Shown: positions 40,799 through 50,706, counted from the stretch's first letter. The stretch: 59,815 nt of DNA from an uncultured bacterium (GCA_965369655.1 CBDUQR010000014.1:1-59815), one strand, 5' to 3'. Numbers and translations: made by a program. Notes: a model not told the origin generated them from the sequence alone.

Positions 40799-41149
40799 AT
40801 GACGCTGAGAGAGCTTGCAAATCTTCTGGAAGCGGAGGTGATCTCCGGCGAACAGCATCTGGATGAAGAATTTGAATGCGCCGGTGCGTCGGATCTCATG
40901 AGTGACGTCCTGGCATTCGGTGAGCCGGGAATCGTCCTGTTGACCGGATTGGCAAATGCCCAGTCCATACGGACCGCCGACGTAATTGAAGCTAAGGCCA
41001 TCGTCTATGTACGCGGCAAGAAGCCCAACAAAGAGGGAGTCACCCTGGCAAAGAAGAGAGACATTCCCATATTGTCGACGAGATTCTTCATGTACAAGGC
41101 GTGTGGGCTGCTTTACAGCCGAAAGGTAAGCGGAGTAGGAAATCAATAG
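40799..41149 (+). CDS. DRTGG-domain protein
   Basis: ASDLMSDVLAF, LLTGL.N.QSIRTA, VRGK.P. Confidence 0.85.
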   Translation: MTLRELANLLEAEVISGEQHLDEEFECAGASDLMSDVLAFGEPGIVLLTGLANAQSIRTADVIEAKAIVYVRGKKPNKEGVTLAKKRDIPILSTRFFMYKACGLLYSRKVSGVGNQ

Positions 41150-41165
41150 TGAGTCGAACGGTACA

Positions 41166-41612
41166 ATGACTTCTCGTTACGATCTTTCACATGTTTTTGA
41201 AATCAAGGGAAGGAATTTCTCCAAGGCCGGCTCCGTGTCAATCGACATCAAGGAGATCCTCCGGGAGCTCGGCATCGATCCGGTCATCGTCCGGCGTGCG
41301 GCCATCGCCGCATACGAGGCCGAGATAAACGTTGTGATGTACGCCGATAAAGGTGAGATGGTTCTCAGGCTGAATCCCAAGGTGATCCGGATCACGTTGG
41401 AGGACGAAGGGCCGGGTATCGAGGACATCGAGATGGCCATGCAGGAAGGTTACTCCACCGCCACTGATGAGATACGGGAGATGGGGTTCGGCGCCGGCAT
41501 GGGCCTACCCAACATAAAGAAGAACGCAGACGTGTTCGAGTTGAAGTCCACGGTCGGGAAGGGCACTTCGTACAACATCGTCATCTATCTGAATCCGACG
41601 GGGAAAACATGA
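41166..41612 (+). CDS. Anti-sigma-factor-type Ser/Thr kinase (HATPase)
   Basis: YEAEINVV, DEGPGI, GYSTA..REMGFGAGMGLPN. Confidence 0.9.
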   Translation: MTSRYDLSHVFEIKGRNFSKAGSVSIDIKEILRELGIDPVIVRRAAIAAYEAEINVVMYADKGEMVLRLNPKVIRITLEDEGPGIEDIEMAMQEGYSTATDEIREMGFGAGMGLPNIKKNADVFELKSTVGKGTSYNIVIYLNPTGKT

Positions 41613-42982
41613 GCCGGTACTTTCACTCCGTCAGCGTCGATGCGGACAAATGTGATGGCCGGATGAGATGCTTGCGGGTCTGTCCCACTCAGGCCATCCG
41701 GATCCGGAACGGAAAGGCCGTCATCCTGGAAGAGAAATGTATCGATTGCGGAGAGTGCATCACGGCCTGTCCGAATGAAGCCATCATGGCATTGACCGAT
41801 CCCATCGGTGAACTAAACAGGTTCAAGTACACGGTGGCCATCCCTTCCCCGGCGCTCTACGCCCAGTTTGGCAGATCTATCCTGCCGGACAAGATTCTGG
41901 CTGGCTTGAAGAAGATCGGCTTCGACGATGCGTATGATCTGGCTATCACCTGTGGGGATACGAGCCTGGCTATAGAGCATTTCCTGGATGAGTACAGCGG
42001 TCCCAAGCCGCTCATCTCCAATTCCTGCCCCTCCGTCGTAAGTCTTGTCCAAGTGAAATATCCCCAACTGGTCGATCATATCATTCCCATCAAGCTTCCC
42101 AAAAGGCTCGCCGCAAAGGAGATCAAGGAGAGAAAATCGAAAGAGCTTGGACTCAAGCCGGACGAGATCGGGACGTTCTACATCACGCCCTGCCCCGTCA
42201 AGATGATTGCCATCAAGCAGCCTCCTTCCGAAGAAGAATGCTATCTGGATGGAGCCATCTCCATAGCCGACATTTACGGCCCGCTGCTATCGGTGCTGGA
42301 GAGCGAGGACAAGGGTAGCTACCGCAAGAGCCTGGAAAGCATATGCATCCTCGGCATCGGATGGGCGGTGGCTGGCGGAATGCACCGCACCCAGGGACTG
42401 AAAAATGTCCTCGATGTCTCCGGGATTGCGGACATCATTACGACCTTCAATGATATCGAACGGGGCAAGCTACAGAACATCGACCTCGTCGTGGCATATA
42501 CTTGTCCACAGGGTTGCGTGGGGGGATCACTGACGGTGGAGAACCGCTACATCTCCTATAACAAGATCCTCCGGCTGCTCGAGACGCTGGAACAGGAGAA
42601 CATAGAGGCCTGCCGAGATAAGCGGGATATCCGCGAACGCTATCGTCAGAAATACTTCCACATGCAGCAAAAATACGAGCCCCGTCCCATCCAGGCGCTC
42701 GACGAGGATCTTGGCAAGGCCATCAAGAAACGGCAAAAAAAGCAGAGGATATACGACTCTCTGCCCAAGGTAGACTGCGGTATCTGCGGTGCCCCGACGT
42801 GCTTAACCTTCGCGGAGGATGTGGTCAAGGGGGATGCGCAACTGTCCAACTGCATCTTCAACGTTCCCAGTAGATTCAAGGAACTGACCGGTGAGCTGTC
42901 CAGGCTTATGGACGCCTTCGGTTACATGGGCGAAGACAAGGGGCGGAAGCCGAGAAAAGAAAAACGGAGGAAGAAATCATGA
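41609..42982 (+). CDS. Atypical (group D/sensory-type) [FeFe]-hydrogenase-like Fe-S protein
   Basis: N-terminal 2x[4Fe-4S]; SNSCPS, TPCPVK, TCPQGCVGG; C-terminal LPKVDCGICGAPTC..FA. Confidence 0.82.
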   Translation: MSRYFHSVSVDADKCDGRMRCLRVCPTQAIRIRNGKAVILEEKCIDCGECITACPNEAIMALTDPIGELNRFKYTVAIPSPALYAQFGRSILPDKILAGLKKIGFDDAYDLAITCGDTSLAIEHFLDEYSGPKPLISNSCPSVVSLVQVKYPQLVDHIIPIKLPKRLAAKEIKERKSKELGLKPDEIGTFYITPCPVKMIAIKQPPSEEECYLDGAISIADIYGPLLSVLESEDKGSYRKSLESICILGIGWAVAGGMHRTQGLKNVLDVSGIADIITTFNDIERGKLQNIDLVVAYTCPQGCVGGSLTVENRYISYNKILRLLETLEQENIEACRDKRDIRERYRQKYFHMQQKYEPRPIQALDEDLGKAIKKRQKKQRIYDSLPKVDCGICGAPTCLTFAEDVVKGDAQLSNCIFNVPSRFKELTGELSRLMDAFGYMGEDKGRKPRKEKRRKKS

Positions 42983-43317
42983 CCTTGACAGAGGTTGTCG
43001 AAAAACTCGGACTCCGCGTCCTGACGTCTAAAGGGGTCGGCGACGCTAAGGTGACCGGCGGTTACACCTGCGATCTTCTCAGCGATGTGATGGGCAACAG
43101 CAAGACAGGGAATCTCTGGATCACCATGCAGACGCACCAGAACGTCCTGGCGGTCGCCAGGCTCAAGGACCTTACAGGAATCGTCATCGTGAACGGTCGC
43201 CGGCCTGACGAAGAAACCACCCGGAAAGCCGACGAGGAGTACGTTACGATCCTGGGCACGGACGAGTCGGCTTTCAGCATCTCTGGACAGCTTTATCAGT
43301 TGCTGGAAAAACCGTGA
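42979..43317 (+). CDS. DRTGG-domain protein
   Basis: GGYTCDLLSDVMG..WITMQTHQNV.AVA. Confidence 0.85.
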   Translation: MTLTEVVEKLGLRVLTSKGVGDAKVTGGYTCDLLSDVMGNSKTGNLWITMQTHQNVLAVARLKDLTGIVIVNGRRPDEETTRKADEEYVTILGTDESAFSISGQLYQLLEKP

Positions 43318-43323
43318 TCCACG

Positions 43324-44055
43324 ATGCTGAGAAGCTACAAGGCTGACCTGCATATTCACACCTGTCTTTCTCCATGTGCCGAAGTGAGAATGTCCCCTGC
43401 AACAATCGTGAAGCGGGCCAAAGCTTGCGGCGTTCATATCCTGGGGATTTGTGATCACAACTCGGCGGAGAATACTCCGGCCGCGCTGGAGGCGGCACAC
43501 AGGCACGGCGTGCATGTCCTCCCCGGTATGGAGGTGACATCCTCGGAGGAGGTTCATCTCCTGGCCCTGTTCGATGCGCTGGAGCCGGTCCGGCAGCTTC
43601 AAGAGATCGTGTACCGGCATCTGCCGGGTGAGAACGATGAGGAGACCTTCGGCATGCAGGTGATCGTCAATGCCGACGACGAAGTGCTCGGTTTCAACCG
43701 GAGGCTTCTGATTGGAGCCACGACGCTCCGGGTGGAAGAGATCGTAAAAGAAATTCACTCTCTGGGCGGGCTTGCCGTCGCAGCCCATATCGATAGGGAA
43801 AGCTTCAGCCTGATCGGCCAGCTGGGTTTCATACCGGACAACCTGGCCCTCGACGCACTGGAGATATCCCCCGCCCTTTCCTATGAGGATGCAATGCGCA
43901 GGTACTCTCCGTCCCTGCCTCTGCTCCACTCATCCGACGCCCACAAGGAGGAAGAAATAGGGCGATGCTGTACCCGCTTTCTCGTTGAGAGGGTTAGCAT
44001 CGAAGAGATCAAGAAAGCCCTGAGGGGATATGAAGGCAGGAGTATCCTGCGGTAG
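43324..44055 (+). CDS. PHP-domain phosphoesterase
   Basis: DLHIHTCLSPC, DHN, GMEV..EEVH, AHIDR, SSDAH. Confidence 0.9.
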   Translation: MLRSYKADLHIHTCLSPCAEVRMSPATIVKRAKACGVHILGICDHNSAENTPAALEAAHRHGVHVLPGMEVTSSEEVHLLALFDALEPVRQLQEIVYRHLPGENDEETFGMQVIVNADDEVLGFNRRLLIGATTLRVEEIVKEIHSLGGLAVAAHIDRESFSLIGQLGFIPDNLALDALEISPALSYEDAMRRYSPSLPLLHSSDAHKEEEIGRCCTRFLVERVSIEEIKKALRGYEGRSILR

Positions 44056-44061
44056 GAAGTA

Positions 44062-44607
44062 ATGGAAGACCTGTCACTGCACATACTCGACATCATGGAG
44101 AACTCCGTCGACGCACAGGCTCGGAGGATAGAAGTTCGCATCGACGAGGACCCGGACATGGACCTGTTAACACTTGAGATCCTGGACGACGGGAAGGGGA
44201 TGGACACCCGAACGCTGCAAAAGGCGATGGACCCGTTTTTCACCACCCGCAAGACGAGACGCTTCGGCCTGGGGCTGTCGATGATTTCGGAGTCCGCGAA
44301 AGCGACCGGCGGTAAACTGACCGTCGAGTCAGCGCCTGGAAAGGGCACACGGGTGAGGGCGACCTTTCAGCGAAGCCACATCGACATGAAGCCCCTCGGG
44401 GACATCCCGCAGACGCTGTTGACCCTGATTGCCGGGCATCCGTATATCGAGCTGAGCTATTGCCACACCATCGGCGGAGAGACGTTTTCCTTCGACACGA
44501 GGGAGTTCCGGGACCTGCCCATTGGCTCCCCGCAAGTGCTGCGGCGGATCGGTGAGCACATACAGGAGGGGCTGGATAGGTTAACAAAACACGCGAAGAA
44601 CTCCTAA
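44062..44607 (+). CDS. HATPase (histidine kinase-like) protein
   Basis: DLSLHILDIMENS, DDGKGM, DPFFTT, GLGL, HIDMKPLGD. Confidence 0.88.
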   Translation: MEDLSLHILDIMENSVDAQARRIEVRIDEDPDMDLLTLEILDDGKGMDTRTLQKAMDPFFTTRKTRRFGLGLSMISESAKATGGKLTVESAPGKGTRVRATFQRSHIDMKPLGDIPQTLLTLIAGHPYIELSYCHTIGGETFSFDTREFRDLPIGSPQVLRRIGEHIQEGLDRLTKHAKNS

Positions 44608-44880
44608 TGCGCGCTGCTTCTGACTTTCAGACGGTCTACGGTGATGTCATCTGTTTCAAGGTGAAATTCGCCAGCTCCTCGAAGAGCAACTGGATGGTCA
44701 GTGCTTTTGCTGTTCATGGTAACCCATACGATGATCACACTCTGGATAGGGCTTTTAAGCAGAGCGAGCGTCTCACCTGCTCTTGAACCATTTCTTCACA
44801 AACCTTTCCCCATTCTTCCCCCAGATTAAGAAGGGCGGTACCTTTTAGGTTCCGAGTCCCAGGGACTCGCGATTTTGGAC

Positions 44881-44908
44881 TTGACAATTGTTTTTTACAA
44901 CATATTCT
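44881..44908 (+). promoter_or_regulatory. sigma70-type promoter upstream of tusA-yeeE
   Basis: TTGACA-16 nt-TATTCT; 21/22-nt identity with the dsrE promoter region. Confidence 0.55.
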
Positions 44909-45337
44909 TAAAAATTGTTTTACGAGAAAAAAGGTCAGAGTGATTGCATTGGACAGATTGGATACAAGATAGAAAGAGTGCTTGCAGTCAATCAACTCTC
45001 TCAAGACGGCGAAATTATTCGCAAAGTGGGTGAGTTGTCAGGAGACATAATAGGAAACGCTGAGTTCTGCATCCGTCAGAACCAAGTACCTGCGGACTTC
45101 CTGAGGTTCCCCGATGAAGGATCAGAGAGGGATTGGCAACTACCAGATCAGCGGTTGATATAGGGAATATTGGATTAGATTCTATCGGTGATAACAATGA
45201 GGAGAACTAAACCTGCATTTCCCATATCAACCTGCAAAATATCTTGTAATAGATGGCCTAAGATGCCATAATTACAAAAAACCTGAGATAACGAAACGGC
45301 TTGAAGAAAAACCAAAGAATACTAAGGAGGTAGAGCT

Positions 45338-45574
45338 ATGGCAGTCGAAGCTGATCAGACTTTGGATTGTTGTGGACTTTCATGTCCTATGCCAATTCTT
45401 AAGCTCGCTAAAGGGATTAAGAAAATTGACGCAGGTCAGGTGTTGGAGTTGCTTTCCACAGATCCTGGTTCTAAAACCGATGTGCCAGCATGGTGCGAGA
45501 AAATGGGACATGAGTTTGTGGAATCAACTGAGGAAAAGGGAGTATATAAATTCTATATTCGTCGTGCTAAGTAA
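45338..45574 (+). CDS. tusA: Sulfur carrier protein TusA family
   Basis: LDCCGLSCPMPIL, STDPGS, strong RBS AAGGAGG. Confidence 0.93.
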   Translation: MAVEADQTLDCCGLSCPMPILKLAKGIKKIDAGQVLELLSTDPGSKTDVPAWCEKMGHEFVESTEEKGVYKFYIRRAK

Positions 45575-45617
45575 GGGTATTATGTGAAAGCTTCAAAAAC
45601 CAACAAGGAGGTTATTT

Positions 45618-46832
45618 ATGGCTGAATCCAGTTCTGGAGAGGGAGGGATAAAGCATTTATTTAGTACGATTTTTGGAAAGACATGGCCGATGTGGGTAGG
45701 TGGTATCCTTCTCGGAGTGGGTAACATCTGCCTGTTCATCGTCCTAAAACCCTGGGGAGCCAGCGGAGGCGTACTAAATTGGGGGCAGAATATTTTCAAC
45801 TCGCTTGGTATAGTTTCATTTGGCAGCGCGGAGAAAATGCTGCCGGCTGTCAGTGTGCATCCGTATGCGGTTCTCTGTTTTTTAATGCTGTTGGGTGCTT
45901 TTGCAGCGGCATTGATCTCCAAAGAGTTCGCTTTTCGGATTCCTCCGATAGGAGAAGTGATCAAGGGGCTTATAGGCGGAATCTTAATGGGGATAGGCGC
46001 CATGGTAGGCAAATCCTGTACTATCGGAGGTTTTTTCAGTGGATTTCCGGCGCTTTCGCTCGGTGCTGTTGTGTTCACAGTGGGGTTGGTAATTGGGACG
46101 TATATTGCGCTCAAATACTTGCTTTTTGAGATGGAGAAATTTCCGAAGATCAGCGCTGGAAAGTCAGCGTCACTCCTTTCAGCCACAACTACAAGGGTAT
46201 CGCTACAACCATTGATTGGCGTACTTGCTTTGATTTTGGGGTTAATCATTGCATACATCAGTTACAATGGAGGTGGTAACAAGGTCTTAGCGTGTTATAT
46301 ATTGATTGGCCTTTTCTTCGGATTCGTCTGCCAGCGATCGCGCTTCTGCCTGGTGAGAGCGCTGCGCGAGCCTTTTATGACTGGTGAATCCTCTGCCCCC
46401 GTCGGCGCGATGGCGGGCATTTTGGTCGGCCTGTTCGGTTTTGCTGTTATCAAGTTTATGGGGGCGGGTACTCCCAAAGAGATGATGTGGGTCTGGCCGC
46501 ACTTCTGGTTGCCGGCAATAATCGGCGGTTTTGTTTTCGGTCTCGGCATGACGTTATCCGGTGGGTGTGTCGTTGGCTCATTGTGGCGCGCGGGTGAAGG
46601 TCATATAAAGCTATGGGCTTCAGTGGTCGGCATGATAATCGCCATGCCGCTTGCTGCTAAGTATATAGCAGCACCTTTCTATAATGCGTTGTCTCCAGGT
46701 ATGAAGCAAAAAGTTTTTCTTCCTGGTGAAATAGGCTACGGGCCGGCAATTCTCATATTCCTGGTTATCATACTTTTATGGTATTTATTCGTGAAGTGGA
46801 ACGAAAGAACAGGAAAATTCTCTGCAATATAG
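45618..46832 (+). CDS. YeeE/YedE family thiosulfate/sulfur-compound transporter
   Basis: Multiple TM helices; GGILMGIGA..CTIG, RFC, GGFVFGLGM..GGC. Confidence 0.9.
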   Translation: MAESSSGEGGIKHLFSTIFGKTWPMWVGGILLGVGNICLFIVLKPWGASGGVLNWGQNIFNSLGIVSFGSAEKMLPAVSVHPYAVLCFLMLLGAFAAALISKEFAFRIPPIGEVIKGLIGGILMGIGAMVGKSCTIGGFFSGFPALSLGAVVFTVGLVIGTYIALKYLLFEMEKFPKISAGKSASLLSATTTRVSLQPLIGVLALILGLIIAYISYNGGGNKVLACYILIGLFFGFVCQRSRFCLVRALREPFMTGESSAPVGAMAGILVGLFGFAVIKFMGAGTPKEMMWVWPHFWLPAIIGGFVFGLGMTLSGGCVVGSLWRAGEGHIKLWASVVGMIIAMPLAAKYIAAPFYNALSPGMKQKVFLPGEIGYGPAILIFLVIILLWYLFVKWNERTGKFSAI

Positions 46833-46933
46833 AAGAGAATATATGTTATTGTTGGCTGGGCCATGTATGGGAAAGTGTATATCGACAATGACGGTATAGT
46901 AGTCACTAATTTGCTAATCAATAAGGAGAGACG

Positions 46934-46974
46934 ATAGCAAAGAAAGGGTGGATTTTTGTGGATCGGACGAACCC
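46934..46974 (+). pseudogene. Decayed 5' fragment of a dsrE paralog
   Basis: ATAGCAAAGAAAGGGTGGATTTTTGTGGATCGGACGAACCC matches the start of 18807 (ATGGCAAAGAAAATGGTAATTTTTTGTGGATCGGACGAACCC); ATG changed to ATA, frameshift, RBS retained. Confidence 0.7.
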
Positions 46975-47040
46975 TGGCTGCAGGACGAATGTTTGGGTTG
47001 GGTGTTGCTATAATGACGATCGACTGCAAGGAGATAAATC

Positions 47041-47364
47041 ATGCAAAAATACATTACCTTGGTATCCTTTACCGAAGAGGGCATAAAAAACTTGAAGGAC
47101 ACGTGTAGGCGGGCAAAGGTTTTTTCGGAAAAAGTAAAAAAGAAAGGAGTGCGTATCGAAAAGACTTATTGGACTTTTGGAAGATACGACATCCTCCATG
47201 TGTTTGAAGCACCCAATGATGAGGTGGCTGCTGCTGTGAGTTTCACCCTGGGCTCTATGGGAAACGTCCGCACAGAGACCTTCCGCGCTTTTGACATAGA
47301 AGAGATGACAAGCATCGTGGCGGATGTTCATGAGCTGCAGATCGATAAAGGGACACTGAAATAG
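47041..47364 (+). CDS. GYD domain protein
   Basis: YITLVSFTEEG, YWTFGRYD, GNVRTET.RAF. Confidence 0.88.
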   Translation: MQKYITLVSFTEEGIKNLKDTCRRAKVFSEKVKKKGVRIEKTYWTFGRYDILHVFEAPNDEVAAAVSFTLGSMGNVRTETFRAFDIEEMTSIVADVHELQIDKGTLK

Positions 47365-47528
47365 CTGGGGGAAAGGAAAAAAGAGGTGTCCCCCCGGGTC
47401 TGCTTTCCTGACCGAGGTTCTGCGCTCTATGACCATTCGTGAGTTGCAACTTCGGATAGCTTCGGTCCCGTGTCCCTTCCAAAAACTCATCTATTCGAAT
47501 GATCATGGAATTACGGGGCTGGCAGTTA

Positions 47529-47898
47529 TAGCAGTTGTCAGAATAATGTTCCGATTGCGGCGGTTTTTGGGGTGTATTCAGGGTTGTTGATAACGTCAAG
47601 GATTGCTTGGTCCAGGCGGTCTATGAGTTGGTCAACATTCCTGCAGACATAGTTGTTGAACCATCCTGCTTTCATGACCAGCCAGATCCGCTCGACAGGG
47701 TTGAGGTCGGGTGAGTAAGGGGGCAGATACTTCGGTTTCCATCCCTGCTAATTGGTTGATTTTCGTTTGTGCCAGGAGGTATTGTCGAGGATGAGGACGT
47801 TTCGGGGTCTTTGGAATTCTATGAACTTGTCCGCTTCATCAAGGAAGGCCTGAAAAGTGTCCGAGTCGGAGTGGGAAGTTTCGATAGCAAAGAACTCA
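47529..47898 (-). mobile_element. IS630-family transposase remnant (3' part, internal stop)
   Basis: EFFAIE..FQAFL..LILDN.SWHK..*..YLPPYSPDLNPVERIW; TAG at 47748..47750; end TA-TAGCAGTTGTCAGAA. Confidence 0.85.
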
Positions 47899-47970
47899 TC
47901 GGTCGCTGATCCCGTCATTGACCCCGATCTTCTCCCTCCGGGATCCCGTGGGAGAGGGGATCCCGGGGGA

Positions 47971-48283
47971 CAGGACAGGTCACGAATACGGCGTACCTTA
48001 TGGTCGTAGAAACTCCGGTCCGTTGTGCCGCAACAACCGCACGCCGTTTTTTTGACGCCGGTCAAGCCGTATGACCCTGGCCTTCGGGTCACCGAATATC
48101 CCCTTAATCGTGGCCCTCGGACAAAACCCGGGGAATCGGTATGTGTCCAGCAGGCTCTTCCTCTTTGACATCCGTCTATTATGACAGATTCTCCTCTTGA
48201 TTGAAACACTTTATCTCTCTGATGTTATTGGCTTTCTCAGCCTCTATCTGCTGATTCCTACCCACTCGTTTGGGAGAAGACCC
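47971..48283 (-). mobile_element. ISL3-family element, left end and truncated transposase
   Basis: Terminus GGGTCTTCTCCC; orf from ATG 48171 (YRFPGF..GIFGDPKAR..RRQK) shifting at A-AAA-AAC into CGCCG..FYD.K.RRIRDLSC. Confidence 0.75.
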
Positions 48284-48476
48284 GATTAACTTATCCACCA
48301 CTCACTCCACTTGATAACCGGTGACAGAGTTGTTGCTGCGATGTACCCGCAGGGTCGGAATTAAGCGACAATATGCGGTTATGACAAGCGTTTTCTGAAA
48401 GGTGGAGGTTGCAGCAATCTCTGTCAAATCAAAATAAAGTGGGCCTGTTATGTATTTATTTTTGTCGGAATTGATC

Positions 48477-49463
48477 CTAAACGATCGTAATCACCGCAGC
48501 GCCGGTGAATCTCCCATTTCGCAGATCATCGAGAGCTTTGTTCGTATCATGCAACGGATAGAGATGTACCTCCGATCGCACCGGCACCTTCGGCGCGAGC
48601 GCAAGAAACTCCTCGCCGTCGCGTCGGGTAAGGTTCGCGACAGATTTTATCGTGCGCTCCTCCCACAGGATCGAGTATGGGAATGACGGTATATCGCTCA
48701 TGTAAATCCCGGCACAGACCACTATGCCGCCCTTCGCGACAGCGCGCAGAGCCGCAGGCACGAGACTGCCGACCGGTGCGAATATGATGGCGGCGTCGAG
48801 CGGTTCGGGCGGCATCTGTTCGGAGTCGCCCGCCCAGACAGCGCCAAGTCCAAGTGCGAATTCCTGCTTTTCTGTGTCTCCGCGTCTCGTAAATGCGTAG
48901 ACTTCCTTTCCATGATACTTCGCTACCTGCATCAGGATATGAGCGGCCGCGCCGAATCCGTAGAAGCCGAGACGCCGAGCGTCGCCTGTCATGCGATATG
49001 AACGGTAGCCAATGAGTCCTGCACAGAATAGCGGCGCAGCCTGGGTATCGGGATAACCTTCCGGTACGGGGAAGCAGAATGTCTCGTCTGCTGCGCAAAG
49101 TTCCGCGAAGCCGCCATCGATCTGGTATCCTGTGTAGCGAGCATTGTCGCACAGGTTTTCTCTGCCGCTGATGCAGTACCGGCATTCGCCGCAGCTTCCA
49201 CCGAGCCACGGCACACCGACTCGATCACCTTCTTTGTATCTGCCTGAACCGCGATCGGCTCCGACAACGGTTCCGACGATCTGATGCCCGGGTATCAATG
49301 GCAGTTTCGGTTCCGTGAGATCGCCATCGACGACATGCAGATCAGTCCTGCAAACACCACAGGCGTGGACGCGGATCAAGAGTTGCCTCGCTTGTGGCAT
49401 GGGATCTGGGAGTTCGACCGCCCGCAGCGGTGTACCCTGCTTTTCGAGTATCATTGCTTTCAT
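48477..49463 (-). CDS. Zinc-dependent alcohol dehydrogenase family protein
   Basis: CGVCRTDLH, PGHQIVG, CGECRYC....ENLC, GFGAAAH. Confidence 0.95.
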   Translation of the reverse strand: MKAMILEKQGTPLRAVELPDPMPQARQLLIRVHACGVCRTDLHVVDGDLTEPKLPLIPGHQIVGTVVGADRGSGRYKEGDRVGVPWLGGSCGECRYCISGRENLCDNARYTGYQIDGGFAELCAADETFCFPVPEGYPDTQAAPLFCAGLIGYRSYRMTGDARRLGFYGFGAAAHILMQVAKYHGKEVYAFTRRGDTEKQEFALGLGAVWAGDSEQMPPEPLDAAIIFAPVGSLVPAALRAVAKGGIVVCAGIYMSDIPSFPYSILWEERTIKSVANLTRRDGEEFLALAPKVPVRSEVHLYPLHDTNKALDDLRNGRFTGAAVITIV

Positions 49464-49514
49464 TGAAATATCTCCTTAACGTCAAGTCAGCATCACCCTG
49501 CATAACTCATCCTC

Positions 49515-49635
49515 CGTTGTGTCAGGTCTTGATACCGTGTGAGCGGCATTGTGACCTGACACGTAAGTATATGCCATACATGAACGGCAGGTCACATAAA
49601 TCCGCTGGCGCGGATTCACAAGACCTACCGCAACG
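49515..49635. repeat. Structured dispersed repeat, copy 2 (partner 4217..4330)
   Basis: Same arms and nested hairpins as copy 1. Confidence 0.8.
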
Positions 49636-49766
49636 ATGTAACTCAATCCGATGAATAACATTATCAATGTCCGCTGTCCAGTTTCAATCGGCGTCGGAGC
49701 ATAATCTGAAGCAGGATATTTGCGTCCTATTGTTGTGATTTGTAGGGCTTATATGCTTGCCGCTAT

Positions 49767-50291
49767 CACTGCACTGTTGCAGACAATCTGCTGGTTCAGT
49801 CCGAGCCGACAATCTGTCTGAATTGCCACACTATGCATTTCCACACGACTATCCCGACAGAGGAACTCGACGAGATCACTGCGAGATGTTTCATCGGAAT
49901 GTGCAACAAACCGCTCTGTCTCGACTGTCACTCTGAGACCAGATTCGCCGACCGGCAATTTACGTCGCATAGTTCGGAGGATGTCAACTGTGCGAGTTGT
50001 CACTCAGGCCATGCAAAAGCGGGACAGATGCTGAAGGATCAGACGCCCGATCTCTGTTACGGATGTCACATGGACGTTCGCGCCGATTTCTACATGCCGT
50101 CGCATCACCCGGTGGTGGAGGGGAAACTCGACTGCCAGTCGTACCATAACATTCATGGCACCGAAAACGAATTCGTTATGGGCGAGGACAGCCGCGAGCT
50201 CTGCTTCACGTGCCATGCCGACAAAGAGGGACTATTCCTGTTCGAACACGAGCCGGTAAACGAGGACTGCAAGATGTGCCATGTACCGCAC
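49767..50291 (+). pseudogene. DmsE/MtrA-type multiheme cytochrome c fragment (permuted, no signal peptide)
   Basis: CLNCH, CLDCH, CASCH, CYGCH, CQSYH (degenerate), CFTCH, CKMCH; PSHHPV.EG and FEH.PV.E motifs; in-frame stop at 49743. Confidence 0.78.
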
Positions 50292-50359
50292 GACCCTCTG
50301 GCGCAAGCTGAAGCGCTACGGTATCGAGTTACGATCGCTGAGCAGATCAAGTCGACAAA

Positions 50360-50594
50360 AAAAGTGAGCATCAGGAGAAATCAAAGCTTATTTGTATTGC
50401 GAATTATTACAAAGCAATTCAGAATATTGCTGAGAATTATATAAAGCTATTGTTTTATCGATATTTCTTACCATAAGAAATAAAAGTGGACATCAGAAAG
50501 ATCGAAGCTTGTTTGTATTGCGAATTATTACAAAGCAATATAGAATATTGCTGAGAATTATATGAAGTTGTTGTGTTATTAGCATTCCCTACCA
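50360..50594. repeat. AT-rich tandem duplication, ~121-bp period, 2 copies
   Basis: TTTGTATTGCGAATTATTACAAAGCAAT..AGAATATTGCTGAGAATTATAT at 50391 and 50512. Confidence 0.85.
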
Positions 50595-50706
50595 CTTATA
50601 ATAATTCCTAAGTCGAATTTTTATCATAGGTAACTCAGACCACTGAGAGCGTGGTCATGCCGCTCCACGATGCAGAGATATTTTTACCCTGTGTATCAGA
50701 TAGAGC

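Noticed and set aside
41609-42982. Catalytic group A [FeFe]-hydrogenase
   Set aside because: Canonical TSCCP, MPC..KK.E and E.MAC..GC..GGG motifs are degenerate
20777-43929. Many long antisense ORFs (e.g. 20777..21616, 24686..25612, 42922..43929)
   Set aside because: Shadow frames of GC-rich genes with no recognisable motifs
47748-48209. 153-aa ORF as one intact transposase
   Set aside because: It is a chimera of an ISL3 piece, a 72-bp insert and an IS630 piece ending at a premature stop
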